Assembly (NCBI GenBank): GCA_965223665.1
Contig: OZ245011.1
Location: 3,904,001 to 3,968,000, forward strand
From: Nitrospinaceae bacterium
Lineage (GTDB): Bacteria; Nitrospinota; Nitrospinia; Nitrospinales; Nitrospinaceae
Direction: 5' to 3'
Length of the DNA stretch: 64,000 bases
The notes beneath the pieces are model-generated. The model saw nothing but the letters and a program-made list of their open reading frames with translations, was not told the origin of the DNA and ran no database searches. Below are positions 31,012 through 41,180 of this stretch, piece after piece; positions within the stretch are counted from its first letter, which is position 1; every line of letters begins with the position of its first letter. Position numbers and translations under genes: made by a program.

Positions 31012-32118
31012 TTAAGTGTATAAGTTGGTTTCAGTATCTAGTTCAATATTGTTAAGTCGTTTTTTCAAAGCATCCAAATCAAAGGTTGGAGTATTGGGTA
31101 ATTGAATTCGCCTGAGTATTTCATTAAAGGACGCTTTCAATAAATTGTTAAAAAAACAGGTAATTCGAGATCTGCGTACTATACGTCGGACCGTTTGACG
31201 TGATATTTTTACCGGATCATCCGAGCTCAATAAGGCTTTATTATTGTGAAGAACAGCAACTGTTTCCATTGCCATCCACAAAGGCCATATGCAAAAAAGT
31301 CGAATTCTAGCTTCTTTTTGGGGTATCGCCAAGGTAAATTTGAGCGCATCTTTCAAATGACCGGTAGTCTTAATTAAGAGTTTCTCTAATATTTTTAAAT
31401 CCTTCTCCACGTATTGACCTGAGTTGAACTCCTCGATTGTTAAGCCGTTTTCGGTGATAAATGATCTGGGGACATAAGACCACCCTCGACCACGATCAAC
31501 CACTATATCTTTTGAAATATTGGTCATCTGTAGGCCTAAGCCAAAAGATACAGCATTACGACGTAGAGTTTCTTGAGCATGGGAATTTAAATATGGTATT
31601 TTTTGCAGAAAAATATTGCAAAGCATTTCTCCTACAACACCAGCAACATAGTAGCAATACTCTTCTAATTCGTCTTCATTTTCAAGAAGAGTCAATTCGT
31701 TGAAGTTGAATTTTTTTTGGAAGTAGGCCATACCGCGTGCCATTTCCACTACGGAAGGTATAATTTGACTTTGGTACTTTTCAGGTAACGATTCGAAAAC
31801 ACAGAATACGCGATCTGAATTAAATACAAGATTTAAATCATTTGGGGTGCCATCAACAATTTTTGAGTCATCGATCCAACGCGAAAGAGCTTCCTTTCGG
31901 TAGTCAGCATCTTGCATGAGGCTGGCAAACTCTAATAAAAGCTTAATTTTTTTTTGGGGATCTAATTTTGCCGCATCTTCGACGGTATCCACAATTCGGC
32001 AAAATAGATAAGCGACAAGAATGCTTCTGTATAGTTCTCCTTCCAAAACTGCAATATTTAATGCAAAGGTTCGACTAACCTTTGGCAATGTTTGCTTGCA
32101 ATAATCCCAATCCTCCAT
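31012..32118 (-). CDS. Squalene/phytoene synthase family protein (squalene synthase-like)
   Basis: VSRTFALNI flap, YLFCRIVDTVED, YCYYVAGVVGEML and GLGLQMTNISKDI..D..RG. Confidence 0.9.
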   Translation of the reverse strand: MEDWDYCKQTLPKVSRTFALNIAVLEGELYRSILVAYLFCRIVDTVEDAAKLDPQKKIKLLLEFASLMQDADYRKEALSRWIDDSKIVDGTPNDLNLVFNSDRVFCVFESLPEKYQSQIIPSVVEMARGMAYFQKKFNFNELTLLENEDELEEYCYYVAGVVGEMLCNIFLQKIPYLNSHAQETLRRNAVSFGLGLQMTNISKDIVVDRGRGWSYVPRSFITENGLTIEEFNSGQYVEKDLKILEKLLIKTTGHLKDALKFTLAIPQKEARIRLFCIWPLWMAMETVAVLHNNKALLSSDDPVKISRQTVRRIVRRSRITCFFNNLLKASFNEILRRIQLPNTPTFDLDALKKRLNNIELDTETNLYT

Positions 32119-32251
32119 GGAATAATATAATCCTATTTAAGGCTTCAGCTAAAAAATTTGTTTAGCTTGGCAAAGACATGAAAATAAAAAAATTGAATTT
32201 AATGAATTCTTATAGGTTGTCGAGGAAAAGTTTTATCTGTTGGCCTGGGAT

Positions 32252-33136
32252 TTAATTTACCATCGAAGGATTAGCAGATTCTATTTCTTTGGCAATTCCA
32301 AGTATCGCAGAATGCACTTCGTTAATCACATACTCAGGAGTACTTGTTCCAGCAGTAATTCCAACATGTTTTCTATTTTTAAACCATGCCCTCTCAAGTT
32401 GTGTGGATGATTCTATATGATGTGCTTCAACCTTTTTTTCGTCACACACTTGAACTAATTTTTTTGTATTGGATGAATTATATCCTCCAATTACAATCAT
32501 GAGGTCTACCTGGTCTGCTAGATCCCTAACGGCAATTTGTCGGTCCCGAGTGGGTTGGCAAATGGTGTTTACAAATGCCACATCATCTACACAATCCATT
32601 TCACGAATTTTCTTAACTAATTTTTCTACCTTATCTACTTGTTGAGTGGTTTGGCTTACAATCCCAAAGTTTCGCTTCCCGGTTTTTCTTAATTTTTGTA
32701 AATCTTCTTCATTGTTGATAACAACGTATTCGTCTAAATCACCTACGATTCCTTTTACCTCTACATGCTCTTCTTGTCCTATTACTACCGGAAAATAATT
32801 TTTCTCAACCATTGATTTGATAGTTTGATGGACTCTCATTACTAGGGGGCAACTGGCGTCAAAAACAATTAACCCCGCATCGGTCAATTTTTTTTTCATT
32901 TTTTCAGCAGCACCATGGGCGGTAATCATTACTTTTTTGGTGGGTATATTTTCTATTTCATCTACACCATTGACTAAAGAAACGCCATTTTGTTTTAAAG
33001 ATTCATTTACTTGTCGGTTATGTACTAATTGGCCCACAATGGTGAGGTCATTTTTGAATTGGGGTTCCATGGCCAAATTGATAGCATCTTTTACTCCAAA
33101 ACAAGTGCCTAGTGCACTGGCTAGAGAAACTTTCAT
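32252..33136 (-). CDS. ispH: 4-hydroxy-3-methylbut-2-enyl diphosphate reductase
   Basis: Three Fe-S cysteines (CFGV, CPLV, TICQPTRDRQ), SQTT, SSNT and TAGTSTP. Confidence 0.96.
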   Translation of the reverse strand: MKVSLASALGTCFGVKDAINLAMEPQFKNDLTIVGQLVHNRQVNESLKQNGVSLVNGVDEIENIPTKKVMITAHGAAEKMKKKLTDAGLIVFDASCPLVMRVHQTIKSMVEKNYFPVVIGQEEHVEVKGIVGDLDEYVVINNEEDLQKLRKTGKRNFGIVSQTTQQVDKVEKLVKKIREMDCVDDVAFVNTICQPTRDRQIAVRDLADQVDLMIVIGGYNSSNTKKLVQVCDEKKVEAHHIESSTQLERAWFKNRKHVGITAGTSTPEYVINEVHSAILGIAKEIESANPSMVN

Positions 33137-33239
33137 AATTTTCCTCAAAAATTTTTGGGTTGACCCTCAAAGTTATTAAGCTAGTATCTTAACAAATTGT
33201 TTGATTTTTTTAAATAAAATACCCAGGAAAAGCAGAATT

Positions 33240-33992
33240 TTACTTCATTATGAAGTTTTTTATCATTTGCCATGTTGTTTGTTTGCCAATTTCAGCAATG
33301 GACTCAGTTAAGGGAATCTTTTTGGGACAAACTTCTACACACACTTGTGCGTTTCCACAATCGGTTATTCCTCCTTTTCCCATGATTGCTTCAAGACGTT
33401 CCTCTTTTTCCATTGCTCCGGTAGGATGCATGTTAAATAACCGAACTTGGCTAAAAGTAGAGGCGCCCATAAAATCGTTGTTTTTTGTGAATTGGGGGCA
33501 GGCTTCCAGACAGCACCCGCAGGTCATGCATTCTGATAGAGCATAAGCTTTTGCACGTTGTTTTTCGGGAAAGGTAGGGCCTTCACCAATATCGTAAGTT
33601 CCATCTACATGAATCCACCCCTGAACCTTTTTAAGGTTTTCGAACATTCGGGTACGGTCTACTGCCAGGTCACGGACAAGGGGGAATTTCGACATGGGTT
33701 CTAAGACGATGGGATGTTTTAATTTGTCAATTAGAGCGGTACAGGCCTGTCTAACTTTACCATTTATCACCATGGAGCAAGAGCCGCAGACTTCTTCAAG
33801 GCAACTGCTTTCCCATACAATAGGAGCTACGGTTTCTCCAGATTGGGTTATCGGTTTTTTTTGGATTTCTTGCAGACAAGAAATAATATTTGCACTGGGT
33901 TTATAGGGAACTTCAAAGTGTTGCCAATAAGGTTTTGAGTTAGGGCTATCTTGCCTTCTTATTTTTAATAAGATTGATTTATTGTTTGCCAT
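33240..33992 (-). CDS. sdhB: Succinate dehydrogenase / fumarate reductase iron-sulfur subunit
   Basis: CLEEVCGSC, QACT, CMTCGCCLEACP and CGNAQVCVEVCPKKIPL (Bacillus type). Confidence 0.96.
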   Translation of the reverse strand: MANNKSILLKIRRQDSPNSKPYWQHFEVPYKPSANIISCLQEIQKKPITQSGETVAPIVWESSCLEEVCGSCSMVINGKVRQACTALIDKLKHPIVLEPMSKFPLVRDLAVDRTRMFENLKKVQGWIHVDGTYDIGEGPTFPEKQRAKAYALSECMTCGCCLEACPQFTKNNDFMGASTFSQVRLFNMHPTGAMEKEERLEAIMGKGGITDCGNAQVCVEVCPKKIPLTESIAEIGKQTTWQMIKNFIMK

Positions 33993-34001
33993 TATATTTG
34001 C

Positions 34002-35942
34002 TTAATCATATTTTCTAGGACGTGGTGTTATTATTGAGGTGTTAATGTCCTCATATGAAATTTCAGGATTTCCATTTTTAAAAATAGCAATTGAACTTTT
34101 TAACCATTTTTTGTCGTTTTCTTCAAATCGCTTCATATACGATAAATGTTCTGAAGGAAAAGTGCCTTCAGGGATTTCTTCGTATTGTTGTCTTTCCAAA
34201 TAGTCGATATATTCATGCGGGTCAAAACTTTCTGGTTGTTCTAGATCAAATTCTGGCTTGTAATGAGCTCCGCGAAACTCGTTTCTCATTAATGCACCTT
34301 GCGTAATTATTTTAGACAAGTGAATCATACAATGCAGTTGGTTTATAAAGCTGGGTGCAGGATTAGACCAATGAGAAGTATCCAAACATTTCACATTTTT
34401 AAAACGAGTTTCAATGTCATTGATTTGTTCTAGAGCTTTTTCTAATCTGGAGTTCTTTCTTACGATTAGTACATTTTCTAGAAGAATTCCTCCTAATTCC
34501 TGGTGTAATTGATGGGGATTTTCTGTGCCGTCCATTTTTTGAATAGTGTCAAAACGTAATTTCCATTGATTTTGAGCTTGATCATAAATTGTTGAGGGCA
34601 CATCCTCGAAATGTTTGTTAAGATTTTTACCATAATTGATTACCCCAGATCCCATCATAAGACCCGTATATATACAACTCAATAATGAATTTGCTCCCAG
34701 ACGATTTGCTCCGTGATATTGGTAATCCGCTTCACCCGCGGCATATAAACCTTGGATCGAAGTCATTTGGTTTTTGGGAGATTTATGATCGATTAGTCCG
34801 TTACCGTCGTCCTGATAATCCACCCATAACCCACCCATGGAATAATGAACCGCTGGAAAAATTTTCATAGGAGTTTTTTTAGGATTTTTCCCTGTAAATT
34901 TTTCATAAATATCTAATATCCCACCTAACCGATTTTCTAAATATTCTTCGGCATGATGGGTTAAATCTAAATAAACCATGGGCTCTCCACCTACTCCAAG
35001 GCCTTTATTGTAAACAACATCATGAATTTCACGACTTGCCACATCTCGCGGAACAAGATTCCCGAATAGAGGATGGTTTTCTTCAAGAAAATACAATCGA
35101 TCGGTTTCTGGGATTTTAAGAGGATCTCTATCATCTCCTGGGTTTTTAGGAACCCAAATTCGACCTCCTTCACCTCTTGCAGATTCACTCATCAATCGTA
35201 ATTTATCTTGTCCGGGAATTGCGGTAGGATGAATCTGAATAAATTCTCCATTGCCATATTTTGCTCCTTGTAAATATGCCGAAGTAGCTGCCGCCCCTGT
35301 GCATACAGTAGAACCGGTCGACTTTCCATAAACTTGCGCGGGTCCGCCGGTGGCAAGAATTACTGCGTCTCCTTTCACTGAGAATATATCTCCCGTTCTT
35401 AAATCGTGCAAAACTGCGCCCCGGCAAATGTTTTCATTATCCAATACGGCCCCCAGGTACTCGTGCCATTCCAGTTTAGTGACTTGTCCGTCATGCTCGT
35501 ATTTGCGTACTTGTTCATCCAAAGCGTAAAGGAGCTGCTGTCCTGTGGTAGCTCCTGCAAAAGCGGTCCTGGAATATAAAGTACCTCCAAATCGGCGAAA
35601 CTCCAGGTGGCCTTCCGGAGTCCGGTTAAAAGTTACACCCAATCGATCCATAAGATGAATTATGGCTGGGGCCTGAAAACACATATCTCGAACAAGGGGT
35701 TGGTGAGCTAAAAAATCTCCCCCTTTAACAGTGTCATAAAAATGAATTTCAGGTGAATCGCCTTCTCCTTTCGTATCAATAGCTGCATTTATTCCTCCCT
35801 GAGCACAAACGGAATGTGAGCGCTTTACAGCCTGATAAGAGACAAGTGTGACATGGGCTTTAAATTCACATAACTTCATCGTGGCTGCTAATCCTGCTAA
35901 ACCCCCACCGATCACTACAAATTGTTTTTTTCGTTTTTCCAT
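34002..35942 (-). CDS. sdhA: Succinate dehydrogenase / fumarate reductase flavoprotein
   Basis: GGGLAG, RSHSVCAQGGIN (FAD His), QIHPT, SESARGEGG, HYSMGG and HGANRLGANSLL. Confidence 0.97.
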   Translation of the reverse strand: MEKRKKQFVVIGGGLAGLAATMKLCEFKAHVTLVSYQAVKRSHSVCAQGGINAAIDTKGEGDSPEIHFYDTVKGGDFLAHQPLVRDMCFQAPAIIHLMDRLGVTFNRTPEGHLEFRRFGGTLYSRTAFAGATTGQQLLYALDEQVRKYEHDGQVTKLEWHEYLGAVLDNENICRGAVLHDLRTGDIFSVKGDAVILATGGPAQVYGKSTGSTVCTGAAATSAYLQGAKYGNGEFIQIHPTAIPGQDKLRLMSESARGEGGRIWVPKNPGDDRDPLKIPETDRLYFLEENHPLFGNLVPRDVASREIHDVVYNKGLGVGGEPMVYLDLTHHAEEYLENRLGGILDIYEKFTGKNPKKTPMKIFPAVHYSMGGLWVDYQDDGNGLIDHKSPKNQMTSIQGLYAAGEADYQYHGANRLGANSLLSCIYTGLMMGSGVINYGKNLNKHFEDVPSTIYDQAQNQWKLRFDTIQKMDGTENPHQLHQELGGILLENVLIVRKNSRLEKALEQINDIETRFKNVKCLDTSHWSNPAPSFINQLHCMIHLSKIITQGALMRNEFRGAHYKPEFDLEQPESFDPHEYIDYLERQQYEEIPEGTFPSEHLSYMKRFEENDKKWLKSSIAIFKNGNPEISYEDINTSIITPRPRKYD

Positions 35943-35943
35943 T

Positions 35944-36627
35944 CTACAAAGGATTCTCGAAAGTTGGTGTTGTCGTTATTGGGTTTGAAGAAAATTCAAA
36001 TATCGTTACAAATCCCAAAAGAGATAATATGGCCCCAACCAACATGAAGGCCCAACCCGCACTTTTTTGAGCCTGGGGTCCAATAATAATTCCCCAGGAA
36101 ATACAAAAAGACCACAGACCGTTAGAAAAATGAAAAGTTGCAGAGAGAATCCCTATTAGATAGAGACCTCTTCCTGTCCATGTTTGGAATTCTTCATTCA
36201 TAACATCGATTAAAAAGGGAGCAGCAAGAAAATGATGCTGACCTTCTATGTTTTTCGCAATAGCAGTTGTCCAGATATGATAGACCAGAAAAATAAAAAC
36301 AATGGCACCGGTGAGTCTTTGCAAGCTGTACATCCAGTTTCTTTGATAGGGATAGCGATGAACATTTATATTGGCGTTGGTAGAAATATAAAAGCCAACA
36401 ATAGAGTGGAAAAGTAAAGGTAAATAGATTACCGAAATCTCAATCCAAATTAAAAAAGGTAAATTATTAATTAGGTCTATGCTTAATTGGTAAGGTAAGA
36501 CACCCACCGTTCGTAGTGAATTAATAGAAAGATGGAATACTAAAAATATGCCAATTGGAATTAACCCGGTAAGGGAATGGATCTTTAGGAGGAGATAATG
36601 AATTTGATTGCTACTTGGTTTATTCAT
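35944..36627 (-). CDS. sdhC: Succinate dehydrogenase cytochrome b558 subunit
   Basis: KIHSLTG, VFHL, LFHS, LQRLTG, VYHI and FHFSNGLWSF..SWGI; five TM helices. Start taken at ATG 36627. Confidence 0.93.
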   Translation of the reverse strand: MNKPSSNQIHYLLLKIHSLTGLIPIGIFLVFHLSINSLRTVGVLPYQLSIDLINNLPFLIWIEISVIYLPLLFHSIVGFYISTNANINVHRYPYQRNWMYSLQRLTGAIVFIFLVYHIWTTAIAKNIEGQHHFLAAPFLIDVMNEEFQTWTGRGLYLIGILSATFHFSNGLWSFCISWGIIIGPQAQKSAGWAFMLVGAILSLLGFVTIFEFSSNPITTTPTFENPL

Positions 36628-36769
36628 ATCCAACTTAGAACTAGGAGTGGTCTTAATAAGGTAAAGTTTGGATAAAGAAAACGATGACAAACTTTGAGTA
36701 ACGGATCACTTAAACCTAATTCTATTTTTTCTTAAATTGGATGGGAAAACAAGCTTGATTTAATAATTT

Positions 36770-37042
36770 CTAAAAATCGTATTCTAAAAGAGGTCGGTTT
36801 TTAAAGTCTGGATCGATGGGTTTATCACTTGAGGTAATTTTTAAATTTTGAGGGGATTCAACAAAAAGATCAACAAAACCGCATTTGCCGCAAACTCGAG
36901 GTTGCAAAGGGACTTTTTTTTCAATTCCATGGTCTTTGCGTACTACCATGATTAATTCTAAATCTTTACTGGTGCGAAGGCCAATATCACCTTTAAGGAC
37001 ACTCTTTGCACCACATTTTCCGCAAGTGGTAGGGTCAGCCAT
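36770..37042 (-). CDS. Small zinc-ribbon protein
   Basis: Two CGKCG motifs with C..CG.V.LF ending; perfect AGGAGG RBS. Confidence 0.8.
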   Translation of the reverse strand: MADPTTCGKCGAKSVLKGDIGLRTSKDLELIMVVRKDHGIEKKVPLQPRVCGKCGFVDLFVESPQNLKITSSDKPIDPDFKNRPLLEYDF

Positions 37043-37056
37043 GGTTTCCTCCTAAA

Positions 37057-37123
37057 AATTTTCCTGAATGTTCTCCTATTGGAGCTTCCAATAGGAGACA
37101 CCATTCGTAGGAAAATTATAGCA
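37057..37123 (-). promoter_or_regulatory. Extended -10 promoter plus long inverted repeat in the Zn-ribbon gene leader
   Basis: Minus-strand TGCTATAAT at 37123-37115. Perfect 12-bp stem TCTCCTATTGGA / TCCAATAGGAGA, extended by GAATG/CATTC and AATTTTCCT/AGGAAAATT. Confidence 0.6.
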
Positions 37124-37155
37124 TAAGGCCAAGCTAAAAGCTTCTAGAGCCCCTC

Positions 37156-37500
37156 TTACGGTTGTGGAGAGAATGTGGTTGCTTGAGCATTTTCCGTATA
37201 TGTTGCGGGGTCTCGGCGATCCCGTGAACGGTTAATGATTTGGTTTAACTCTTTACTAGCATGAAAAATAGGTTTTCTGCGTGCAGGAATATTAATTGGC
37301 TCTCCAGAAACGGGTTTTTTGCCTACCCTGGCTTCGTATTCCCGCATCTTAAAAGAACCAAAACCTTGAATAACCACGCGGCCATCCTTTTTTAGATTGG
37401 TCACAATAGCGTTAATGAAAGCGAGCAAATATTTGTCAGCTTCCTGCTTTGAGACATTCATTTTATAAGCTAGTTTGGTCGCTAAATCGGATCTAATCAT
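37156..37500 (-). CDS. HU/IHF family nucleoid-associated protein
   Basis: RSDLA, GRVVIQGFGSF, ARVGKKPVSGEPINIPARRKPIFHASKEL. Start taken at ATG 37500 after AAGGA. Confidence 0.92.
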   Translation of the reverse strand: MIRSDLATKLAYKMNVSKQEADKYLLAFINAIVTNLKKDGRVVIQGFGSFKMREYEARVGKKPVSGEPINIPARRKPIFHASKELNQIINRSRDRRDPATYTENAQATTFSPQP

Positions 37501-37539
37501 AGAACATCCTTTGTCTAAGGTTGGCGTTTTCATTGTTTC

Positions 37540-37555
37540 TTCAATAAACGTGCCA
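37540..37555 (-). promoter_or_regulatory. Possible sigma-54 promoter of the HU/IHF gene
   Basis: TGGCACGTTTATTGAA: perfect -24 box, with TTGA rather than TTGC at -12. Confidence 0.45.
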
Positions 37556-37687
37556 AAACCAACGATTAAATAACTCCTTTAATTTAAACCACTTGAATTT
37601 TTGGGGGTCACAGATTTGTATGGATTTAGTGATTTTTTTGAAAAAAAGTGTATAAAAACTTGACCAAATCTAAGTGAGGTAAATCTA

Positions 37688-38626
37688 ATGAAAAAGACAA
37701 TTCTTGTTTATTTAACTCATCCTCATGTAGAGGCCTGGAACTTTAAAGGAGGTCATAAAACTTTATTAAGTAATCAGTTGGGCGAGTATGAAGTAGAAGT
37801 TTGTCTCCATTCTAAAGAGTTTATATCTCGTCTTTCCAAAGCTCATGGAGCTATTGTATGGTTCTTTAAAAAAGAATGGGTTCAAATAGCAAAAAATTTA
37901 AAATGGTTAGCAACTCCTGCGGCAGGAACTGATTGGATCAGTATACCGGAAAGTGAAAATCTAAAGATATTTCATGGAGGATTTCATGGCTCTTTGATCT
38001 CAGAAAGCGTATTGGGGGCAATGCTTTATTTTTGCAAAGCATTTGATATTTCCAAAGAAATGCAAAGGAAAAAGAAGTGGGCAAGAATTAAAGTTTCTCA
38101 GCAAATTTCTACCTTGCAAGGAGCAAATGTAACCATTTTAGGTTTTGGTAAAATTGGGCAATATATTGGTCGAACCTTAAAACCATTGGGTTGCAGGATA
38201 ACAGGGATTAGGCGTCGGCCTGAAAAATGTACGGATTTCTTTACAGCGCAAGACTCAGTGAAAACCCCTGACCATTTGTTTGATGTTTTAGAGACCACGG
38301 ATCATTTGATCTCTGTACTTCCGGGAGGAAATGAAACTAAAGGATTATTAACAGGAGAACATTTCGAAAGGCTTCCAAAAAGCAGTTATTTTTACAATGT
38401 GGGAAGAGGTAATGTTTGCGAAGAATTAGTTTTGGTAAATACACTAAGGAAGGGTGGAATTGCCGGAGCTTACTTAGATGTTTTTGAAAAAGAGCCATTA
38501 CCTGAGAACTCTTTGCTTTGGGAAATGGAAAACGTATTGATTCAACCTCATCTTTCTGCAGCAGCCCCTCAATATTTAGATTTATTTTTAAGCGAACTTT
38601 GTGATTCGATAAAAAATTTAAAGTAG
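37688..38626 (+). CDS. D-2-hydroxyacid dehydrogenase family protein
   Basis: GFGKIG, NVGRG, AYLDVFEKEPLP and QPHLSA. Confidence 0.92.
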   Translation: MKKTILVYLTHPHVEAWNFKGGHKTLLSNQLGEYEVEVCLHSKEFISRLSKAHGAIVWFFKKEWVQIAKNLKWLATPAAGTDWISIPESENLKIFHGGFHGSLISESVLGAMLYFCKAFDISKEMQRKKKWARIKVSQQISTLQGANVTILGFGKIGQYIGRTLKPLGCRITGIRRRPEKCTDFFTAQDSVKTPDHLFDVLETTDHLISVLPGGNETKGLLTGEHFERLPKSSYFYNVGRGNVCEELVLVNTLRKGGIAGAYLDVFEKEPLPENSLLWEMENVLIQPHLSAAAPQYLDLFLSELCDSIKNLK

Positions 38627-38638
38627 GGGCTCAGTGTT

Positions 38639-39607
38639 TTAGTTCTCTTCTCCTAAAAACTTCACAAATTGATCTACAATTTTTTCATCAAATTCTTTGA
38701 TCATTGTACTTTTCATTAATTTTAACGCTTGAATAGGATGCATAGGTTGCTTATAAGATCGGCGTGAAGTTAATGCGTCATACGCATCCATCACCTTACA
38801 AATTCGAGCAAAATAAGGTATGTTTTCACCCTCTAAACCCTTGGGATAGCCACCTCCATGAAACTTTTCGTGATGACAAGTAGCCATTTCAATAATTTTT
38901 TGCCCATAGCAGGACATCCCATCTAAAATTTCTCCTCCATACTGTGCATGTTTTTGGACCTCCTTCATTTCTTCATCAGTTAAAGCACCATTCTTATTTA
39001 CAACCTCAAAGGGAATTTTAGATTTACCCACATCATGTAATAATCCCCCCTTTCCTAATTCAAAAAGATCCGAAGTCTCTAAGTTAATTTTTAGACCAAA
39101 AACAAAACAATAGAGGCCAACATTTACACAATGGGAATGGGTTGAATAGTCTTTTTTTATGATTTCTGAGATTCGACCAAATCCTAATGAGGAATTTTCA
39201 TAACATTTGTGAACCAGGTCAATAGCCTGATCTGCCATTTTTAAAAAACTGGGAGGGGCGGTATACTCAAAAAATTCCTTTAAGCATTCTTCAGAAAAAT
39301 GATAGATCCTATTTAACTTTTGCTTATTGTCAACATCTTCTTTCTCTATGTATTCTCGAAGAACTTGTGAGGCTCTTTCAAAGTATTTAAAAGAATCTGT
39401 TTTTTGAATATATAAGCTTTCTTCTAATTCACCGGTTTCTAATAACCGGTTAACTTTTTCCAGGTCATTGGGATCATCTTTTTTAAACTTTATATAATTC
39501 GTTTTTTTGTAACTTATAGTTCTAAAATATAAATCAAATTGCGAATATGATTGTTGGTTTAATAGATTAATATCAATGGGTCGATAGGTAATATTTTGTG
39601 TTGCCAT
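38639..39607 (-). CDS. HD-GYP c-di-GMP phosphodiesterase
   Basis: HCVNV, LLHDVGK, HHEKFHGGGYPKGL and DAYDALTSRRSYK. Confidence 0.93.
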   Translation of the reverse strand: MATQNITYRPIDINLLNQQSYSQFDLYFRTISYKKTNYIKFKKDDPNDLEKVNRLLETGELEESLYIQKTDSFKYFERASQVLREYIEKEDVDNKQKLNRIYHFSEECLKEFFEYTAPPSFLKMADQAIDLVHKCYENSSLGFGRISEIIKKDYSTHSHCVNVGLYCFVFGLKINLETSDLFELGKGGLLHDVGKSKIPFEVVNKNGALTDEEMKEVQKHAQYGGEILDGMSCYGQKIIEMATCHHEKFHGGGYPKGLEGENIPYFARICKVMDAYDALTSRRSYKQPMHPIQALKLMKSTMIKEFDEKIVDQFVKFLGEEN

Positions 39608-39725
39608 ACTATAAGTTTAAAGTAAGGAAAATTAAATAGTTTGGTGAACCTTTTTGGGGTTGAGTGATTAATAAAGGAAGTATTTATAACAGTATAAGTC
39701 AAAAAAAAAATTTGTTAAGAAAAGT

Positions 39726-41177
39726 TTAAAGGGCAGGTGAATTTTTATGGTAATCGGTATTGAGTTGAAACTGATTGCCGACCTGTAGTAAAGTTTCTTC
39801 GTCAAAAGCTTTGCCAATGAGTTGTAAGCCAATTGGAAGGCCTTCTTTGGAAAAACCGCAAGGCACTGACATAGCTGGAATGCCGGCTAAACTCGCTGAG
39901 ATCGTATAAATATCAGAGAGATACATTTGAAGGGGGTCATCTAATTTCTCTTTTAGTTTAAAAGCAGGGTATGGAGAACAGGGGGCCACAATAAAATCGC
40001 AATTTTCAAAGGCTTTCTCAAAATCCTGTTTAATGAGGGTCCGAACTTTTTGTCCCTTTAAATAATAAGCATCGTAATAGCCAGTGCTTAAAACAAAAGT
40101 TCCAAGTAGTATTCTTCGTTTTACCTCTTCTCCAAACCCTTCTTCGCGGGTATTGGTATACATGTCAAAAAGGTTTTCGGATTTGTCGGAACGAATTCCA
40201 TATTTTACCCCATCGTAACGCGCTAAATTAGTACTTGCCTCTGCACAAGTTAATATATAGTAAGTGGCCACAGCATAGGAAGTGTGAGGAAGGGAAATTT
40301 CAATTTTTTCAATTCCCATTTCTTCTAAAGTTTTTAACGCCTGTTGAATAGATTGGTTGACATCTTCTTCCAAGCCCTCTCCAAAATATTCCTTAGGAAT
40401 TCCAACTTTTAGCTTTTTGGTGGAATCCATTAACTTTTCAGTGAAATTAGGTAAAGAAATATTTGCAGATGTTGTGTCTCTGGGATCATGGCCCGCAATA
40501 ACATTTAAAAGAATTGCCGAGTCTTCTACAGTTTTAGTCATTGGACCGATTTGGTCAAAAGAAGAGGCAAATGCAACTAATCCAAATCGGGAAACCCTGC
40601 CATAAGTAGGTTTTAGTCCCGTAATCCCACAAAAGCCGGCGGGTTGTCGGATGGACCCTCCGGTATCACTTCCTAATGCAGCAATACATTCATTCGCAGC
40701 AACGGCGGCTGCTGAACCCCCACTGGATCCACCTGGAACTCTATCTAAATCCCATGGATTTTTTGTGGGAAAAAAATAAGAGTTTTCATTAGATGAGCCC
40801 ATCGCAAATTCATCCATATTAGTTTTACCCACTATAACGGCTCCAGCTTCTTTAAGTTTTTGGGTCACAGTGGCATCATAAGGAGAAATGAAATTTTCTA
40901 AAATATGTGAGGAGCAAGTATTAGGAAAACCTTTTAGACAAATTAAGTCTTTGAGTGCTAATGGAATTCCTAATAAAGGTGCATCTTCTCCTGCTGCAAT
41001 TTTACGGTCTGCTTCCTTTGCCTGTTCCTCAGCAAGTTCTCGGGTTAAATGAACAAAAGCCTTGACTTGATCATCAACTTCATCAATTCTTGAATAAAAA
41101 GTTTGTAACAGCTCTTGAGCAGAAATTTTTTTACCTTTAAGCAGAAGCTTGGCTTGAGCAAGGGTGAGGGAGTCCAT
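39726..41177 (-). CDS. gatA: Asp/Glu-tRNA amidotransferase subunit A
   Basis: [38 protein letters not shown] and EVKRRILLG. Confidence 0.97.
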   Translation of the reverse strand: MDSLTLAQAKLLLKGKKISAQELLQTFYSRIDEVDDQVKAFVHLTRELAEEQAKEADRKIAAGEDAPLLGIPLALKDLICLKGFPNTCSSHILENFISPYDATVTQKLKEAGAVIVGKTNMDEFAMGSSNENSYFFPTKNPWDLDRVPGGSSGGSAAAVAANECIAALGSDTGGSIRQPAGFCGITGLKPTYGRVSRFGLVAFASSFDQIGPMTKTVEDSAILLNVIAGHDPRDTTSANISLPNFTEKLMDSTKKLKVGIPKEYFGEGLEEDVNQSIQQALKTLEEMGIEKIEISLPHTSYAVATYYILTCAEASTNLARYDGVKYGIRSDKSENLFDMYTNTREEGFGEEVKRRILLGTFVLSTGYYDAYYLKGQKVRTLIKQDFEKAFENCDFIVAPCSPYPAFKLKEKLDDPLQMYLSDIYTISASLAGIPAMSVPCGFSKEGLPIGLQLIGKAFDEETLLQVGNQFQLNTDYHKNSPAL

Positions 41178-41180
41178 TGA

